Source: Nitrospirota bacterium
GTDB taxonomy: Bacteria > Nitrospirota > UBA9217
Assembly: GCA_963840455.1 (NCBI GenBank)
Contig: CAWIYV010000007.1
Coordinates: forward strand, 224,001 to 288,000
DNA: 64,000 nt
Direction of reading: 5' to 3'
In this document: positions 1 to 10,783 of the stretch, one piece after another
Layout of the letters: every line of letters begins with the position of its first letter
Numbering within the stretch: position 1 is the first letter of the stretch
Program-made: the position numbers and the translations under genes
The notes under the pieces: model-generated
Seen by the model: the letters and a program-made list of their open reading frames with translations, nothing else
Database searches by the model: none
What the model was told of the DNA's origin: nothing

Positions 1-2
1 TG

Positions 3-680
3 GCAGGCGCTCTTGCGGCGGGACCGGGTCTGTTGAAACGGAACCTGGCGAGCATCCGCCTCGCACTGCCTGTTGCGCTGATCGCTTCGGCGGCGGCCAT
101 CGTCGGTGCGATGATCGGTCTGGCGCTCAAGCCGAATGTGGTCAATACGCTCCTCGGCGCGACGATCCTGTTCATTGTGGCCATCATGGCGACGGCGAAA
201 AAATCCGACTTCCCTCATGTGGAGCAGCCTGACAAACTCTCGCAAGCCCTCGGCATCATGGGTATCTACCGCGAAGAGTCCATCGGCAAGGACGTGGAGT
301 GGAACGTCCACAAGACACCGATCGGCCTGGCTCTCTTCGTCGTCATCGGCATCATGGCGGGCATGTTCGGCCTTGGCGCCGGGTGGGCCAACGTGCCGGT
401 GCTGAACCTGCTCATGGGGGCGCCGCTCAAGATCTCGGTCGCCACGAGCAAATTCCTGCTCTCCATCACCGACACCTCCGCCGCCTGGGTGTACCTGAAC
501 CAGGGCGCGGTGCTGCCGATGATCGTTGTGCCGTCGCTGGTCGGCATCATGCTCGGCTCCATGATCGGCGTGAAGATCCTGGCCAAGGCAAAACCCAAGG
601 CCATCAAGTGGATGGTCATCGGTTTGTTGCTCTTCGCCGGCCTGCGGTCCCTGCTCAAGGGGCTGGGAATCTGGAAATAG
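3..680 (+). CDS. Sulfite exporter TauE/SafE family membrane protein (5' end lies outside the window)
   Basis: Frame is open from base 3. Multiple TM helices; GMFGLGAGWANVP and ATSKF motifs typical of TauE/SafE; followed by a DUF1634-like gene, the usual partner. Confidence 0.85.
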   Translation, partial: AGALAAGPGLLKRNLASIRLALPVALIASAAAIVGAMIGLALKPNVVNTLLGATILFIVAIMATAKKSDFPHVEQPDKLSQALGIMGIYREESIGKDVEWNVHKTPIGLALFVVIGIMAGMFGLGAGWANVPVLNLLMGAPLKISVATSKFLLSITDTSAAWVYLNQGAVLPMIVVPSLVGIMLGSMIGVKILAKAKPKAIKWMVIGLLLFAGLRSLLKGLGIWK

Positions 681-692
681 GGGGATACCACC

Positions 693-1109
693 ATGAGTGA
701 CAAAACCAAAGCATCGGAAGAACAGATCGCCTACGCGAACGTCCTGAACATCGGGATGTGGTTCGGACTTGCGCTGCTCATCATCACCTTCTTCGTCTAT
801 CTGTCGGGTGCCCTGCCGAGCTATGTGCCGATCGACGACCTGCCGAAGTACTGGACCATGCGGGTCCATGATTTCAATGTCGCCCTCAACGCACCAACGG
901 GCTGGGGATGGGTGTCGCTCGTCGGGAAGGGCGATTACCTCAACTTCGTCGGTATCGCGATCCTGTCGGGCCTCACGATCCTGTGCTACCTGGTGATCCT
1001 GCCGATCCTGGCCAGGAAAAAGGACCGGGCCTACGTCGTCATCGCTATCGCTGAAGTACTGGTGTTGTCGCTCGCGGCAAGCGGCCTGCTCAAGGTCGGC
1101 GGGCATTGA
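693..1109 (+). CDS. DUF1634-like membrane protein (TauE partner)
   Basis: 3 TM helices, GWGW...GDYLNFVGIAILS motif; GGGGA RBS 12 nt after the TauE stop. Confidence 0.75.
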   Translation: MSDKTKASEEQIAYANVLNIGMWFGLALLIITFFVYLSGALPSYVPIDDLPKYWTMRVHDFNVALNAPTGWGWVSLVGKGDYLNFVGIAILSGLTILCYLVILPILARKKDRAYVVIAIAEVLVLSLAASGLLKVGGH

Positions 1110-1145
1110 TCGTTCCCGAAGTGAATCTCAAGGGTTACCATGACG

Positions 1146-1175
1146 CAGGCGGCCGAACAGACCGCCTGTTTTTTT
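1146..1175 (+). terminator. Rho-independent terminator
   Basis: Stem caggcgg/ccgcctg followed by a T7 run. Confidence 0.75.
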
Positions 1176-1557
1176 GTCTTCTGGTAGCCCCGGCCTATTT
1201 TCCCATTGACTCGCACCGGTCATTTGGTGTAAGTTTTTACGCGGTCCCTACTGGTATTTGAAATGAGGAAGTGAAGTGATCTTTTTTCTCGGCAGCATAC
1301 TATCCCTGTCCTTTGTATCCCTGTTCGTCCCGATGCCCGAAGTACCCATCCTGAAGTCCTATCAGCGCATGCTCATTCCCGGAACGCTCTTTCTCATCCC
1401 ATTTGCGTTTATGGCCGCGTCCGTTCGCCGGTTGTCAGGCAGCAGTGCCCTGCCGGGGAGCGGTCCGATCCCGTCATCTTGCCCCCCGCTCGTCACCTGA
1501 TGGCTATTCCGATTCACCATAGATAACAAGACTTATTCTTCCGAAAGGGACCAGCAC

Positions 1558-3312
1558 GTGTCACACGAAAAAATCAAGCCGAAGATCATCACCGTTTTCA
1601 AGCAGGGCTATTCCAGCCCGGTCTTTTTCAAGGACCTGACCGCAGGCATCATCGTCGGCATTGTCGCCCTGCCGCTTGCCATTGCCTTCGCCATAGCCTC
1701 AGGAGTGAAACCCGAGCAGGGACTGTATACCGCCATCGTTGCAGGGTTCCTCATATCGCTGCTCAGCGGAAGCCGTGTTCAGATCGGCGGCCCCACGGGC
1801 GCTTTCATCGTCATCATTTACGGCATCGTCCAGAAATTCGGGTACAACGGCCTGGTGATCGCAACGATCATGGCGGGTGTACTGCTCATCATCATGGGGT
1901 TTGCCAAGCTCGGTGCCGTGATCAAGTACATTCCCTATCCGGTCACCGTAGGTTTCACAGCGGGGATCGCTCTGATCATCGCGATGGGCCAACTCCGCGA
2001 CCTCCTGGGGCTTCACATGGAGAAGGTACCCGCGGAATTCATCGAAAAGATCGTCGCCTATTCCGAGCATGCAGGCTCGATCACACCCATTGCAGCGGTG
2101 ATCGGTATTGCGACGATCGCCATCGTTTTCCTCTGGCCACGGGTAACGCAGCGCGTGCCCGGCTCCTTGGTGGCCATCCTGGTGACGACAACAGCCGTTC
2201 AGCTCATGGATCTGCCGGTCGAAACGATCGGGAGCAGGTTCGGCAGCGTATCCGGTTCCCTGCCTTCGTTCCGTCTGCCCCAGGTCGATTGGCGCACGCT
2301 GTCCTCGCTGGTCTCTCCGGCCATCACGATCGCTCTGCTGGCCGGCATCGAGTCGCTGCTTTCAGCAGTCGTGGCGGACGGTATGACCGGCCGAAAGCAC
2401 CGGTCGAACATGGAACTCATCGCCCAGGGCGTGGCGAACATCGCCTCGCCGCTCTTCGGGGGCATACCGGCCACCGGCGCCATTGCGCGGACGGCCACGA
2501 ACATCAAGAACGGCGGCCTCACGCCGATCGCCGGGATCATCCACGCAGTCGTCCTGATGCTCATCATGCTCTTTTTCGGCAAATGGGCTGCCCTCATCCC
2601 CATGGCCACGCTTGCGGGCATTCTGGTCGTGGTCGCCTACAACATGAGCGAGTGGCATCATTTCGTAAAGCTGCTCAAGAGCCCGAAAATGGACATTGCC
2701 GTGCTGCTGGTGACGTTCTTCCTCACAATCCTCGTCGACCTGACGGTGGCGATCCAGGCTGGCGTGGTCCTCGCGGCGCTCCTGTTCATGAAGCGCATGT
2801 CCGATGTGACCCAGGTAGGCTATATTACCTCGATGGTAGGCTTCGAAGAGGAGGACGAGGAGGACGCGAAAGCGGACCCGAACAACATCAATAAGTTCTC
2901 CGTTCCCGAAGGGGTCGAGGTCTTCGAGGTGAACGGGCCGTTCTTCTTCGGCGCGGCGGAGCGGTTCAAACATACGCTCAATCTGATCGTGAAGAAACCG
3001 AAGGTCCTGATCCTGCGGACGCGCACCGTGCTGGCCATGGATGCCACGGCGCTGCACGCGCTGGAAGAGGTGTACGATATGACCAAACGGGAAAGGACCG
3101 TGCTCGTGCTTGCCGGGATCCATGCACAGCCCATGATCGCGATGGATAAGGCAGGTTTTCTCGATAAGATTGGGGTCGAGAATGTGTTCGAGAACCTCGC
3201 CGACGCGTTAAAGCGGGCGCGGGCCATCGTTGGCGCTCCCCGGCCATATCTGCAGGCGCCCGCGGACCTGGAGGTCGACTGGGAAAAGGCGCCGGGAACC
3301 AAGGTGAAGTGA
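1558..3312 (+). CDS. sulP: SulP/SLC26 family anion permease with C-terminal STAS domain
   Basis: DLTAGIIVGIVALPLAIAFAIASG, GSRVQIGGPTGA, ESLLSAVVAD, GAIARTATNI; STAS motif GPFFFGAA. GTG start. Confidence 0.93.
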   Translation: MSHEKIKPKIITVFKQGYSSPVFFKDLTAGIIVGIVALPLAIAFAIASGVKPEQGLYTAIVAGFLISLLSGSRVQIGGPTGAFIVIIYGIVQKFGYNGLVIATIMAGVLLIIMGFAKLGAVIKYIPYPVTVGFTAGIALIIAMGQLRDLLGLHMEKVPAEFIEKIVAYSEHAGSITPIAAVIGIATIAIVFLWPRVTQRVPGSLVAILVTTTAVQLMDLPVETIGSRFGSVSGSLPSFRLPQVDWRTLSSLVSPAITIALLAGIESLLSAVVADGMTGRKHRSNMELIAQGVANIASPLFGGIPATGAIARTATNIKNGGLTPIAGIIHAVVLMLIMLFFGKWAALIPMATLAGILVVVAYNMSEWHHFVKLLKSPKMDIAVLLVTFFLTILVDLTVAIQAGVVLAALLFMKRMSDVTQVGYITSMVGFEEEDEEDAKADPNNINKFSVPEGVEVFEVNGPFFFGAAERFKHTLNLIVKKPKVLILRTRTVLAMDATALHALEEVYDMTKRERTVLVLAGIHAQPMIAMDKAGFLDKIGVENVFENLADALKRARAIVGAPRPYLQAPADLEVDWEKAPGTKVK

Positions 3313-3568
3313 GCGCCCGGCTGCCCCGGAAATGTTCTTGACTACCGTCGAGCGGTTGTAGTAAATTCTTTCTGTTCGTGCCATACGCGTTGCCGTGCAT
3401 CGCCGGCAGTACGGTATTTGATAACATGAGCATCGAAAGCAATCAACCTTCGGGCAAAGCTCCTCGTGCGCCGTTCGCGGCCGCTCTACCATCCGGGGTA
3501 TCGAAAACAGGACCTCGTACCGGGCTCTCCCTGTACCGCCTGACGTTTAGGGCCGGGGGGAGGAGAGC

Positions 3569-5611
3569 ATGAGCCTGTCGCCCTTTCTCCTGATGTCCTG
3601 TTCTTTTCTTCTCCTGGCGTTTCTCCTGCTGCTCACACCGTTCCTGCGATCCAATCAAAAGCTCCTCATCGTCTCCGGGTCCTTCCTGATGACGGTCGCA
3701 TCGCTTGCGGCCGTCGCCGCCGGTGTCTGGACCGTATCGGACGACATGGTGAGCCGCGTCGTCCTTCCGCTGGGCCTGCCTGATCTCCCGTTCCACATCC
3801 GCCTTGATCAGCTGTCAGGGTTCTTTCTGGTCGTGATCGGACTGCTTTCCTCCTTTGTCTCCCTCTATTCCCTGGGCTACCTCAAGGGATACCTGGGCCT
3901 CCGGTCGGTGACCAGCCTGGTCGTCTTCTCCGCTCTCTTCCTGGCGGGCATGTTCCTGGTGGTCCTTGCTGATGACGCTTTTTTCTTCCTCATTGCCTGG
4001 GAGATGATGGCAGCCTCGTCCTACTTTCTGGTCCTCTTCGAAGATGAACGCGTCGAGAACCGGCGCGCCGCCTTCCTCTATCTGGTTGTTGCTCATGTCG
4101 GCGCCATCGCCATCCTGCTGTCCTTCGGCGTCATGGCGGGGCTGGCCACTGGCTTCACGGGCTTCCAGAGCTATACCTTCGACGCGATGCGGGAGACCGA
4201 CTTGCCCGCGGGGCTCGCGTCGGTGGCCTTTCTCCTGGCGTTCTTCGGCTTCTCGGCCAAGGCGGGAGTCATCCCGCTCCATGTCTGGCTGCCGGAAGCG
4301 CATCCGGTCGCGCCGTCCAATGTGTCCGCCCTCATGAGCGGCGTGATGCTCAAGACCGCCATCTACGGCATCGTTCGGGTCGTCTTCGACCTCATTGGAG
4401 ACTTTCCCTGGTGGTGGGGCGCGCTGGTGCTGGTCTTCGGCCTCGTTTCGGCCGTCCTGGGCGTGCTCTACGCCTTGATGCAGCATGATCTGAAGCGGCT
4501 CCTTGCCTATCACTCCGTGGAGAACATCGGGATCATCCTCATCGGCATCGGGCTTGCCATGATCTTCACGTCCTTCGACCTGCCTCTCCTGGCCGCGCTG
4601 GCGCTCATCGCCGGCCTGTATCACACGCTGAACCACGCGCTGTTCAAGGGCCTGCTCTTCATGGGTGCGGGCGCGGTTCTCCACGCGACCCATGAACGGA
4701 ACATGGAGGAGATGGGGGGGCTCATACGCTTCATGCCCTGGACCGCGGTGTTCTTCCTCGTCGGCTGCATCTCGATCTCTGCGCTCCCGCCGTTCAATGG
4801 GTTCGTGTCCGAATGGCTCACCTACCAGGCGTTCCTCCTCTCGCCGGGTCTGCCGAGCCCGCTGTTGAACCTGCTCATTCCGCTCGGCGCAGCGCTCCTT
4901 GCCCTCACCAGCGCCCTCGCGGCAGCCTGTTTCGTCAAGGCCTTCGGCGTGACCTTCCTAGGCCACCGGCGCGGGCATCATCACGGCATCGTTCACGAGG
5001 TGGGGTGGTCCATGCGGATCGGCATGATGCTGGCATCGCTTTCCTGCCTGGCCCTCGGCGTCCTGCCCACGGTCGTGATCCAGTGGATGGACCCCCTTGC
5101 CGAGATGCTGGTCGGCGGGACGATCGCCGCCTCGGCCTCGGGTTTCGGATGGATGTGGCTCACCCCCATTGCCGCTGAACGCGCTTCCTATTCCGCCCCG
5201 GTCGCCTTCATCGGGATCCTCTCTGTCGTAGTCGTGACCTATCTGCTCCTGCATGCCCGGCCGGGAGCGCTGCATCGGGTGCCGCTCTGGGACTGCGGGT
5301 TTGAAAAGATCACCAGCCGGATGCAGTACACAGCCACGTCCTTTGCCATGCCGATCAGGAGGATCTTCGGGTTCCTCTTCAGCATCAAGGAACAAGCAGG
5401 CCAGCTTCCACCAGCTGCGCACCCGGCGTTCCCGCAGCGGCTGTACTACCACCTGCGGGTGCGGGACCGTTTCTGGATGTGGATCTACCAGCCTGTCGTG
5501 GACGCGAGCTTCTGGCTTTCCCGCAGGATCGGGAGGATGCAGCACGGCCGCATCCAGATCTATCTGATCTATTCGTTCGTGACGATCCTCGTTCTTCTGA
5601 TATTCCTGTGA
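3569..5611 (+). CDS. hyfB: Hydrogenase-4 subunit B-like antiporter subunit (Ehr complex)
   Basis: KAGVIPLHVWLPEAHPVAPSNVSALMSG, KRLLAYHSVENIG and WDCG...MQYT motifs; AGGAG RBS. Confidence 0.88.
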   Translation: MSLSPFLLMSCSFLLLAFLLLLTPFLRSNQKLLIVSGSFLMTVASLAAVAAGVWTVSDDMVSRVVLPLGLPDLPFHIRLDQLSGFFLVVIGLLSSFVSLYSLGYLKGYLGLRSVTSLVVFSALFLAGMFLVVLADDAFFFLIAWEMMAASSYFLVLFEDERVENRRAAFLYLVVAHVGAIAILLSFGVMAGLATGFTGFQSYTFDAMRETDLPAGLASVAFLLAFFGFSAKAGVIPLHVWLPEAHPVAPSNVSALMSGVMLKTAIYGIVRVVFDLIGDFPWWWGALVLVFGLVSAVLGVLYALMQHDLKRLLAYHSVENIGIILIGIGLAMIFTSFDLPLLAALALIAGLYHTLNHALFKGLLFMGAGAVLHATHERNMEEMGGLIRFMPWTAVFFLVGCISISALPPFNGFVSEWLTYQAFLLSPGLPSPLLNLLIPLGAALLALTSALAAACFVKAFGVTFLGHRRGHHHGIVHEVGWSMRIGMMLASLSCLALGVLPTVVIQWMDPLAEMLVGGTIAASASGFGWMWLTPIAAERASYSAPVAFIGILSVVVVTYLLLHARPGALHRVPLWDCGFEKITSRMQYTATSFAMPIRRIFGFLFSIKEQAGQLPPAAHPAFPQRLYYHLRVRDRFWMWIYQPVVDASFWLSRRIGRMQHGRIQIYLIYSFVTILVLLIFL

Positions 5612-5691
5612 CGGGACAGTGACGGAAAGAACAGGATCGACGGTAGGTACAGGATCTTGAACGCGGGTCTGGTTTTGTACGGGGGGCTTCA

Positions 5692-6636
5692 TTGAATCTC
5701 CATCCTTTCCTCATAGAACTGGCGCAGGTCGTTGTGCTTTTGTTCGTCGCGCCGCTGTTCGCCGGCTGGGTGAAGATGGTGAAATGCTGGTTCCAGGGAC
5801 GCACGTCGCCGAGCCTTTTCCAGCCCTTCCGGGACATCAGGAAACTGTTCTCGAAGGACGTGACCCTGGCCGAGAACGCATCGTGGATCTTCCGGTTCAC
5901 CCCCTATCTGGTCTTCGGTGTTTCGGTCATGGCCGGCGGCATCATCCCCATCCTTTCCCGGGACCTGCCGCTCTCGGCAACGGCGGACGTCATCGCCCTT
6001 GTCGCGCTCTTCGCCATCGCGCGGTTCTTCACGGCCCTGGCAGGTATGGACATCGGCACCGCGTTCGGCGGCATGGGATCAAGCAGGGAAATGACCATCG
6101 CGTCCCTGGCCGAGCCCGCCATGCTCATGGCCGTGTTCGCTGTTTCGCTGGTCGGGAAGTCGACGTCCCTGTCCCAGATGTCCTCCGTCATTGCGCAGGG
6201 CCATTCGCTGCTCCGGCCGTCGCTGGTCTTCGCGCTCCTGGCCTTCATCCTGATCGCCCTTGCCGAAACGGGAAGGGTGCCGGTCGACAACCCGGCGACC
6301 CACCTGGAACTCACCATGATCCACGAGGCCATGATCCTTGAATATTCCGGGAGACACCTCGCCCTCATCGAATGGGCCGGCATGATGAAGCTCTTTCTCT
6401 TTGTTGCGCTGGGGATCGCGTCGTTCTTTCCCTGGGGGACCGCGCCGCACGGAGACCCGGCCTCCATTGTCGTCGCCTTGCTGTCCCTGCTGCTGAAGCT
6501 GGGGGTGGTGGGCATCGGTCTGGTGCTGATCGAAACCGGACTGGCCAAGATGCGGATCTTTCGCATCACCGAGTTCCTCGGCAGCGCATTTCTCTTTGCC
6601 ACGATCGGGATGATGTCGTATTTCATGCTGGAGTAA
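5692..6636 (+). CDS. hyfC: HyfC/HycD (NuoH-like) membrane subunit
   Basis: AFGGMGSSRE and AETGRVPVDNPATHLELTMIHEAMILEYSG motifs; TTG start. Confidence 0.88.
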   Translation: MNLHPFLIELAQVVVLLFVAPLFAGWVKMVKCWFQGRTSPSLFQPFRDIRKLFSKDVTLAENASWIFRFTPYLVFGVSVMAGGIIPILSRDLPLSATADVIALVALFAIARFFTALAGMDIGTAFGGMGSSREMTIASLAEPAMLMAVFAVSLVGKSTSLSQMSSVIAQGHSLLRPSLVFALLAFILIALAETGRVPVDNPATHLELTMIHEAMILEYSGRHLALIEWAGMMKLFLFVALGIASFFPWGTAPHGDPASIVVALLSLLLKLGVVGIGLVLIETGLAKMRIFRITEFLGSAFLFATIGMMSYFMLE

Positions 6637-6730
6637 GTGGCAGGGAGACGTAGCAAATGGCAAGGAGCGCATAACGAAGGGCTGGATTCCTTCATGACTT
6701 GATCCATACCGCTTGACCCTGAGGTAAACT

Positions 6731-7396
6731 ATGAATCCCCATCTTGCGTCGCAACTGAACAGCCTGCTTGCAGCGATGATCCTGCTGACCGCCTTTGGCC
6801 TCGTTGTCCAGCGGAGGATGAACGCGTTGTTGCACCTCTTCGCCTGGCAGGGATTCCTGCTGGCCGTAAGCACCGCCATCGTGGGCTATATGGGCGGCGC
6901 GCACGACCTGTACATTTCGTCGGTCCTGACGCTCACGATCAAGGTTGTGCTGCTCCCGTACATCCTGCACAAGCTCATCGTGCAGCTCAAGATCCACAAG
7001 GAGATCGAGAGCGTGGTCAATGTCCCCACGACGATGCTGATGGGAATCGTCCTGGTGATCTTCTCCTATCACCTGACCGCACCGATCAGGGAGCTCTCGA
7101 CGCTCGTGACCCGGTCGACGCTGGCTGTTGCCCTGGCCACGGTCATGCTGGGCTTCCTGATGATGATCACCCGCAAGCACGCGGTCACGCAGATCATCGG
7201 GTTCCTGGCCATGGAGAATGGCCTCCTGTTCGCGGCCACAAGTGCTACCTACGGCATGCCGCTGGTGGTCGAACTGGGCGTGGCCCTGGACCTGCTGATC
7301 GCGGCATTCATCTTCGGTCTTTTCTTCTTCCATATCCGGACGACCTTCGACAGTCTTGATGTGGACCAGATGGCGAGGCTGAAAGAAGAGGATTAG
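6731..7396 (+). CDS. hyfE: HyfE-like membrane subunit
   Basis: QIIGFLAMENG and MPLVVELGVALD motifs; operon position; GAGGT RBS. Confidence 0.85.
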   Translation: MNPHLASQLNSLLAAMILLTAFGLVVQRRMNALLHLFAWQGFLLAVSTAIVGYMGGAHDLYISSVLTLTIKVVLLPYILHKLIVQLKIHKEIESVVNVPTTMLMGIVLVIFSYHLTAPIRELSTLVTRSTLAVALATVMLGFLMMITRKHAVTQIIGFLAMENGLLFAATSATYGMPLVVELGVALDLLIAAFIFGLFFFHIRTTFDSLDVDQMARLKEED

Positions 7397-7481
7397 GATC
7401 GGTTGAAGGTTAGAAAGGCGAGGAGGGAAGAAGGGCGGTCTTACCCTCTTGCCTTCTTGCTTTCGGAGGTGCTGACGTCTC

Positions 7482-8930
7482 ATGTCGCTTCTGATACTTC
7501 TCATCGTGCCGCTCATCGCATCGCTTGCCCTGGCATTCATCGGCGACCGGAAGTTCGCGCCTGAGGTGAACATCCTCGGGTCCGCGTCCACCTTCGGGGC
7601 GAGCGTCCAGCTCGCGCTCCATGTCTATGCCCGCGGCCCCATTCTCGCGGGAAACGATTTCTTCTTCATCGATGCGTTCAGCGTCTATCTCACGGTCCTC
7701 ACCGCCCTGGTCTCCCTGACCACGTCGATCTTCAGCAGGCGCTATATGCGGCGCGAACGGGAACACGGCACGGTGGGCCACCACAGGATGCGTTTCTACC
7801 ACTCCATGTTCCAGCTCTTCATCTTTGCCATGCTGCTCTGCCTCCTGACGAACAACGTCGGTGTTCTCTGGATATCCATGGAGCTGGCAACGCTCTCCAC
7901 GGTCCTCCTGGTATCGCTCTACCGCACGCCTGCGGCGATCGAGGCAGCATGGAAATATTTTATCCTGTGCGGCGTTGGTATTTCCCTGGCGCTCTTCGGA
8001 ACGGTGCTGCTGTACTTCGCGGCGGAAAAGGTGCTTGGCGCGGGCGGTGCAGCGCTCCACTGGACGAACCTTGCCCAGGTGAGCGACCAACTCGAGCCGA
8101 CCATCCTGTCCCTCGCCTTTGTATTTCTGGTAGTGGGATACGGCACTAAGGTCGGCCTGGTCCCGATCCACAACTGGCTTCCTGACGCGCACAGCGAAGG
8201 ACCCACGCCGATCTCCGCGGTCCTTTCCGGACTCCTGCTGAACATCGCGCTCTACGCGATTGTCCGGTGCAAGGTCCTTGTGGACGGTTCCACCGGGACG
8301 CACCACTCGGGAAATATCATGATGGGCTTCGGCATCATCTCCATCATGGTCGCGTCGTTCTCGCTCCTCAGGCAGAAGGACATCAAGCGACTGTTTGCCT
8401 ACTCGTCCATCGAGCACATGGGCATCGCGACCTTTGCCTTCGGGCTGGGCGGGCCGGTCGCAACATTCGGCGCGCTCCTGCACATGCTGGTGCACAGCCT
8501 CACGAAGTCATCCATCTTCTTCACCGTGGGCCACGCTTCCCAGATGCACCGGACGCAGGAAATGGACAAGATCAAGGGTCTCATCCGCGGGAATCCCCTC
8601 GTCGGATGGGGGCTCGCGCTGGGCGTGATGGCGATTGTGGGCATGCCGCCCTTCGGCGTCTTCACGAGCGAGTTCCTTATCCTGACGGCGACGATCAAGG
8701 ACGCGCCGCTTCTGGCGCCCTTCCTCCTGCTTGGCCTCGGCGTTTCCTTTGCCGCACTGTTCCGGCGCGTGCAGCCCATGGTCATGGGCACGATCCCGCC
8801 TTACCAGCATCGGCTCAAAGTAGCGCATATTCCCGTGATCCTGCACCTGGCGCTGGTCCTTGTGCTGGGATTGTACATGCCAAAATTTCTCGCCGGCTGG
8901 TTCCAGTCGGCGGTGGAGCTGTTGAAATAA
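7482..8930 (+). CDS. hyfF: Hydrogenase-4 subunit F-like antiporter subunit
   Basis: EAAWKYFILC, GYGTKVGLVPIHNWLPDAHSEGP and KRLFAYSSIEHMG motifs. Confidence 0.88.
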   Translation: MSLLILLIVPLIASLALAFIGDRKFAPEVNILGSASTFGASVQLALHVYARGPILAGNDFFFIDAFSVYLTVLTALVSLTTSIFSRRYMRREREHGTVGHHRMRFYHSMFQLFIFAMLLCLLTNNVGVLWISMELATLSTVLLVSLYRTPAAIEAAWKYFILCGVGISLALFGTVLLYFAAEKVLGAGGAALHWTNLAQVSDQLEPTILSLAFVFLVVGYGTKVGLVPIHNWLPDAHSEGPTPISAVLSGLLLNIALYAIVRCKVLVDGSTGTHHSGNIMMGFGIISIMVASFSLLRQKDIKRLFAYSSIEHMGIATFAFGLGGPVATFGALLHMLVHSLTKSSIFFTVGHASQMHRTQEMDKIKGLIRGNPLVGWGLALGVMAIVGMPPFGVFTSEFLILTATIKDAPLLAPFLLLGLGVSFAALFRRVQPMVMGTIPPYQHRLKVAHIPVILHLALVLVLGLYMPKFLAGWFQSAVELLK

Positions 8931-9032
8931 ATGACGGATCGCGGAATGAAGATTGCGGAATAAACAACAGTGACTTACAGGGCCGGGTTTACACCCCGTA
9001 CCGCTGTGGCTGATGTGAAGAATGGACCTGAG

Positions 9033-10604
9033 ATGGGCAAACTGACAGAAACGTTGTTGTCATTATTGGGAGCGGACGCGAAAGAAGTCGAAGGTCAATA
9101 CCCTTCATCTATCGCGACCTTCCTGGTGCCGAGGAAACGCTTTGCTGAAGCGGCGAAAGCGCTCAAGAAGGAATACGGCCTGCTGGCAGCAGAATGGGCA
9201 ACGGACGAAACGCACTTCGGACGGGGGTTCGGGATATATGCCTGCTACCGGAAGGAGTCCGAATATCTCATCGTGAAGACGCTTGCACCTGCCGACGATC
9301 CGACCTTCCCCAGTCTGACAAAGAAGTTCGTGCCTGCTTACCGGTTCGAACGCCAGATGAACAGTTTCATGGGCGTGACAGCCGTCGGCCATCCCGATCC
9401 CCGGCCGTGGATAAAGCATGAGGACTGGCCGGCTGGTGTCTGGCCGCTCAGGAAGACCTTTGACGCATCGCTGCGTCTGCCGCGTGTTGAAGGCGAGTAC
9501 CGCTGGATACGGGCCGAGGGCGAGGGGATCTATGAGATCCCCGTGGGGCCCGTGCATGCGGGCATTATCGAACCCGGTCACTTCCGCTTCCAGGCGATGG
9601 GTGAGGACGTCATCAATCTCGAGGCAAGACTGGGCTACGTACATAAGGGCATCGAAAAAAGGTTCGAGTCCCTCTCCTGGAATGAAGCTTTCCGCCTTGC
9701 AGGGAGGGTCTCGGGAGATACCACGGTCGCTCACAGCCTGGCCTACTCGCGTGCTTTGGAGGCCATGACCGGATGCATCCCCCCTGACCGGGCCCTGTGG
9801 CTCAGGGCGTTGTTCCTCGAGCGGGAACGCATCGCGAATCATCTCGGCGACCTGGGCGCCATCTGCAACGACGTGGCCTTCGCCATCCTTTTCTATCAGT
9901 TCTACCGTCTCAAGGAGATAGTGGTCAGGACGAACTTGAAGCTCTTCGGCCACCGGTTCATGATGGACAGGATCGTTCCGGGCGGGGTGACCGCGGATAT
10001 TGACGCGGACGGTATCGCAGGCATCAACGCGGAAATGGATTGGCTGTCAAAGGAATTCGAACGACTCGTCGTGATCTATGATGAGAACTCTTCCGTGGAG
10101 GACCGCGTCCGGGACACCGGCATCCTCAGTTCGGAAAAGGCGCGGGACCTCGGCATGGTGGGTTTCGTGGCGCGTGCCAGCGGCTTGCACCTCGATTGCC
10201 GCATGCACAATCCTTTCCCACCCTATGACCGCATCAGCGTCACGACCCCCGTGCTGGTCTCGGGTGATGTCCATGCACGCGCATGGGTCAGGGTCGAGGA
10301 GATCAGGGATTCCATCCGGATCATTCGCGAGATCCTGAGGACCCTTCCGGGAGGAGATATCGCGGTTACGGTCCCTGCGCCTGGACCGGACCGTTCGGGG
10401 TTTGCTGCTGTTGAAGGCTGGAGGGGGGAGATCCTGTATTGGATTCAGTCGGGGCCGAAGGGCGAGATCAACCGCTGCATGGTCAGGGATCCGTCGAGCG
10501 TCAACTGGCTTGGACTCGAGCAGTGCATCCACGGGAACATCGTTCCGGATTTTCCGGTGTGCAATAAGAGCTTCAATCAGTCCTACTCGGGACATGACCT
10601 GTAA
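9033..10604 (+). CDS. HyfG/HycE-like (NuoCD) large subunit lacking NiFe-binding CxxC motifs (Ehr large subunit)
   Basis: GPVHAGIIEPGHFRF and LGYVHKGIEK present. The L1 site reads RVSGD and the C-terminus reads NKSFNQSYSGHDL, with no RxCGxC or DPCxxC. ATG at 9033 chosen over GTG at 8970. Confidence 0.88.
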   Translation: MGKLTETLLSLLGADAKEVEGQYPSSIATFLVPRKRFAEAAKALKKEYGLLAAEWATDETHFGRGFGIYACYRKESEYLIVKTLAPADDPTFPSLTKKFVPAYRFERQMNSFMGVTAVGHPDPRPWIKHEDWPAGVWPLRKTFDASLRLPRVEGEYRWIRAEGEGIYEIPVGPVHAGIIEPGHFRFQAMGEDVINLEARLGYVHKGIEKRFESLSWNEAFRLAGRVSGDTTVAHSLAYSRALEAMTGCIPPDRALWLRALFLERERIANHLGDLGAICNDVAFAILFYQFYRLKEIVVRTNLKLFGHRFMMDRIVPGGVTADIDADGIAGINAEMDWLSKEFERLVVIYDENSSVEDRVRDTGILSSEKARDLGMVGFVARASGLHLDCRMHNPFPPYDRISVTTPVLVSGDVHARAWVRVEEIRDSIRIIREILRTLPGGDIAVTVPAPGPDRSGFAAVEGWRGEILYWIQSGPKGEINRCMVRDPSSVNWLGLEQCIHGNIVPDFPVCNKSFNQSYSGHDL

Positions 10605-10783
10605 CCCCATCACCGCGGAGGCACAGAATCACGGCGGAATGACAGGATCATCTTGGACTTGATAACAGGATCGATAGGATTTGTTGAGAACGCATATCAG
10701 ATGTTATCCTGTTAATCCTGTCAAAAAAAGGTTTTCATTTCTCCATGTCTCGGTAGAAGCGCTGGTTTTTTCCGGAGAGCCCT

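Noticed and set aside
1276-1500. 74-aa hydrophobic ORF upstream of sulP
   Set aside because: A GAGGA RBS and GTG start are plausible, but no family is recognisable; cannot be supported or excluded.
9033-10604. Calling the complex a functional NiFe hydrogenase or formate hydrogenlyase
   Set aside because: Both Ni-binding CxxC motifs are absent.
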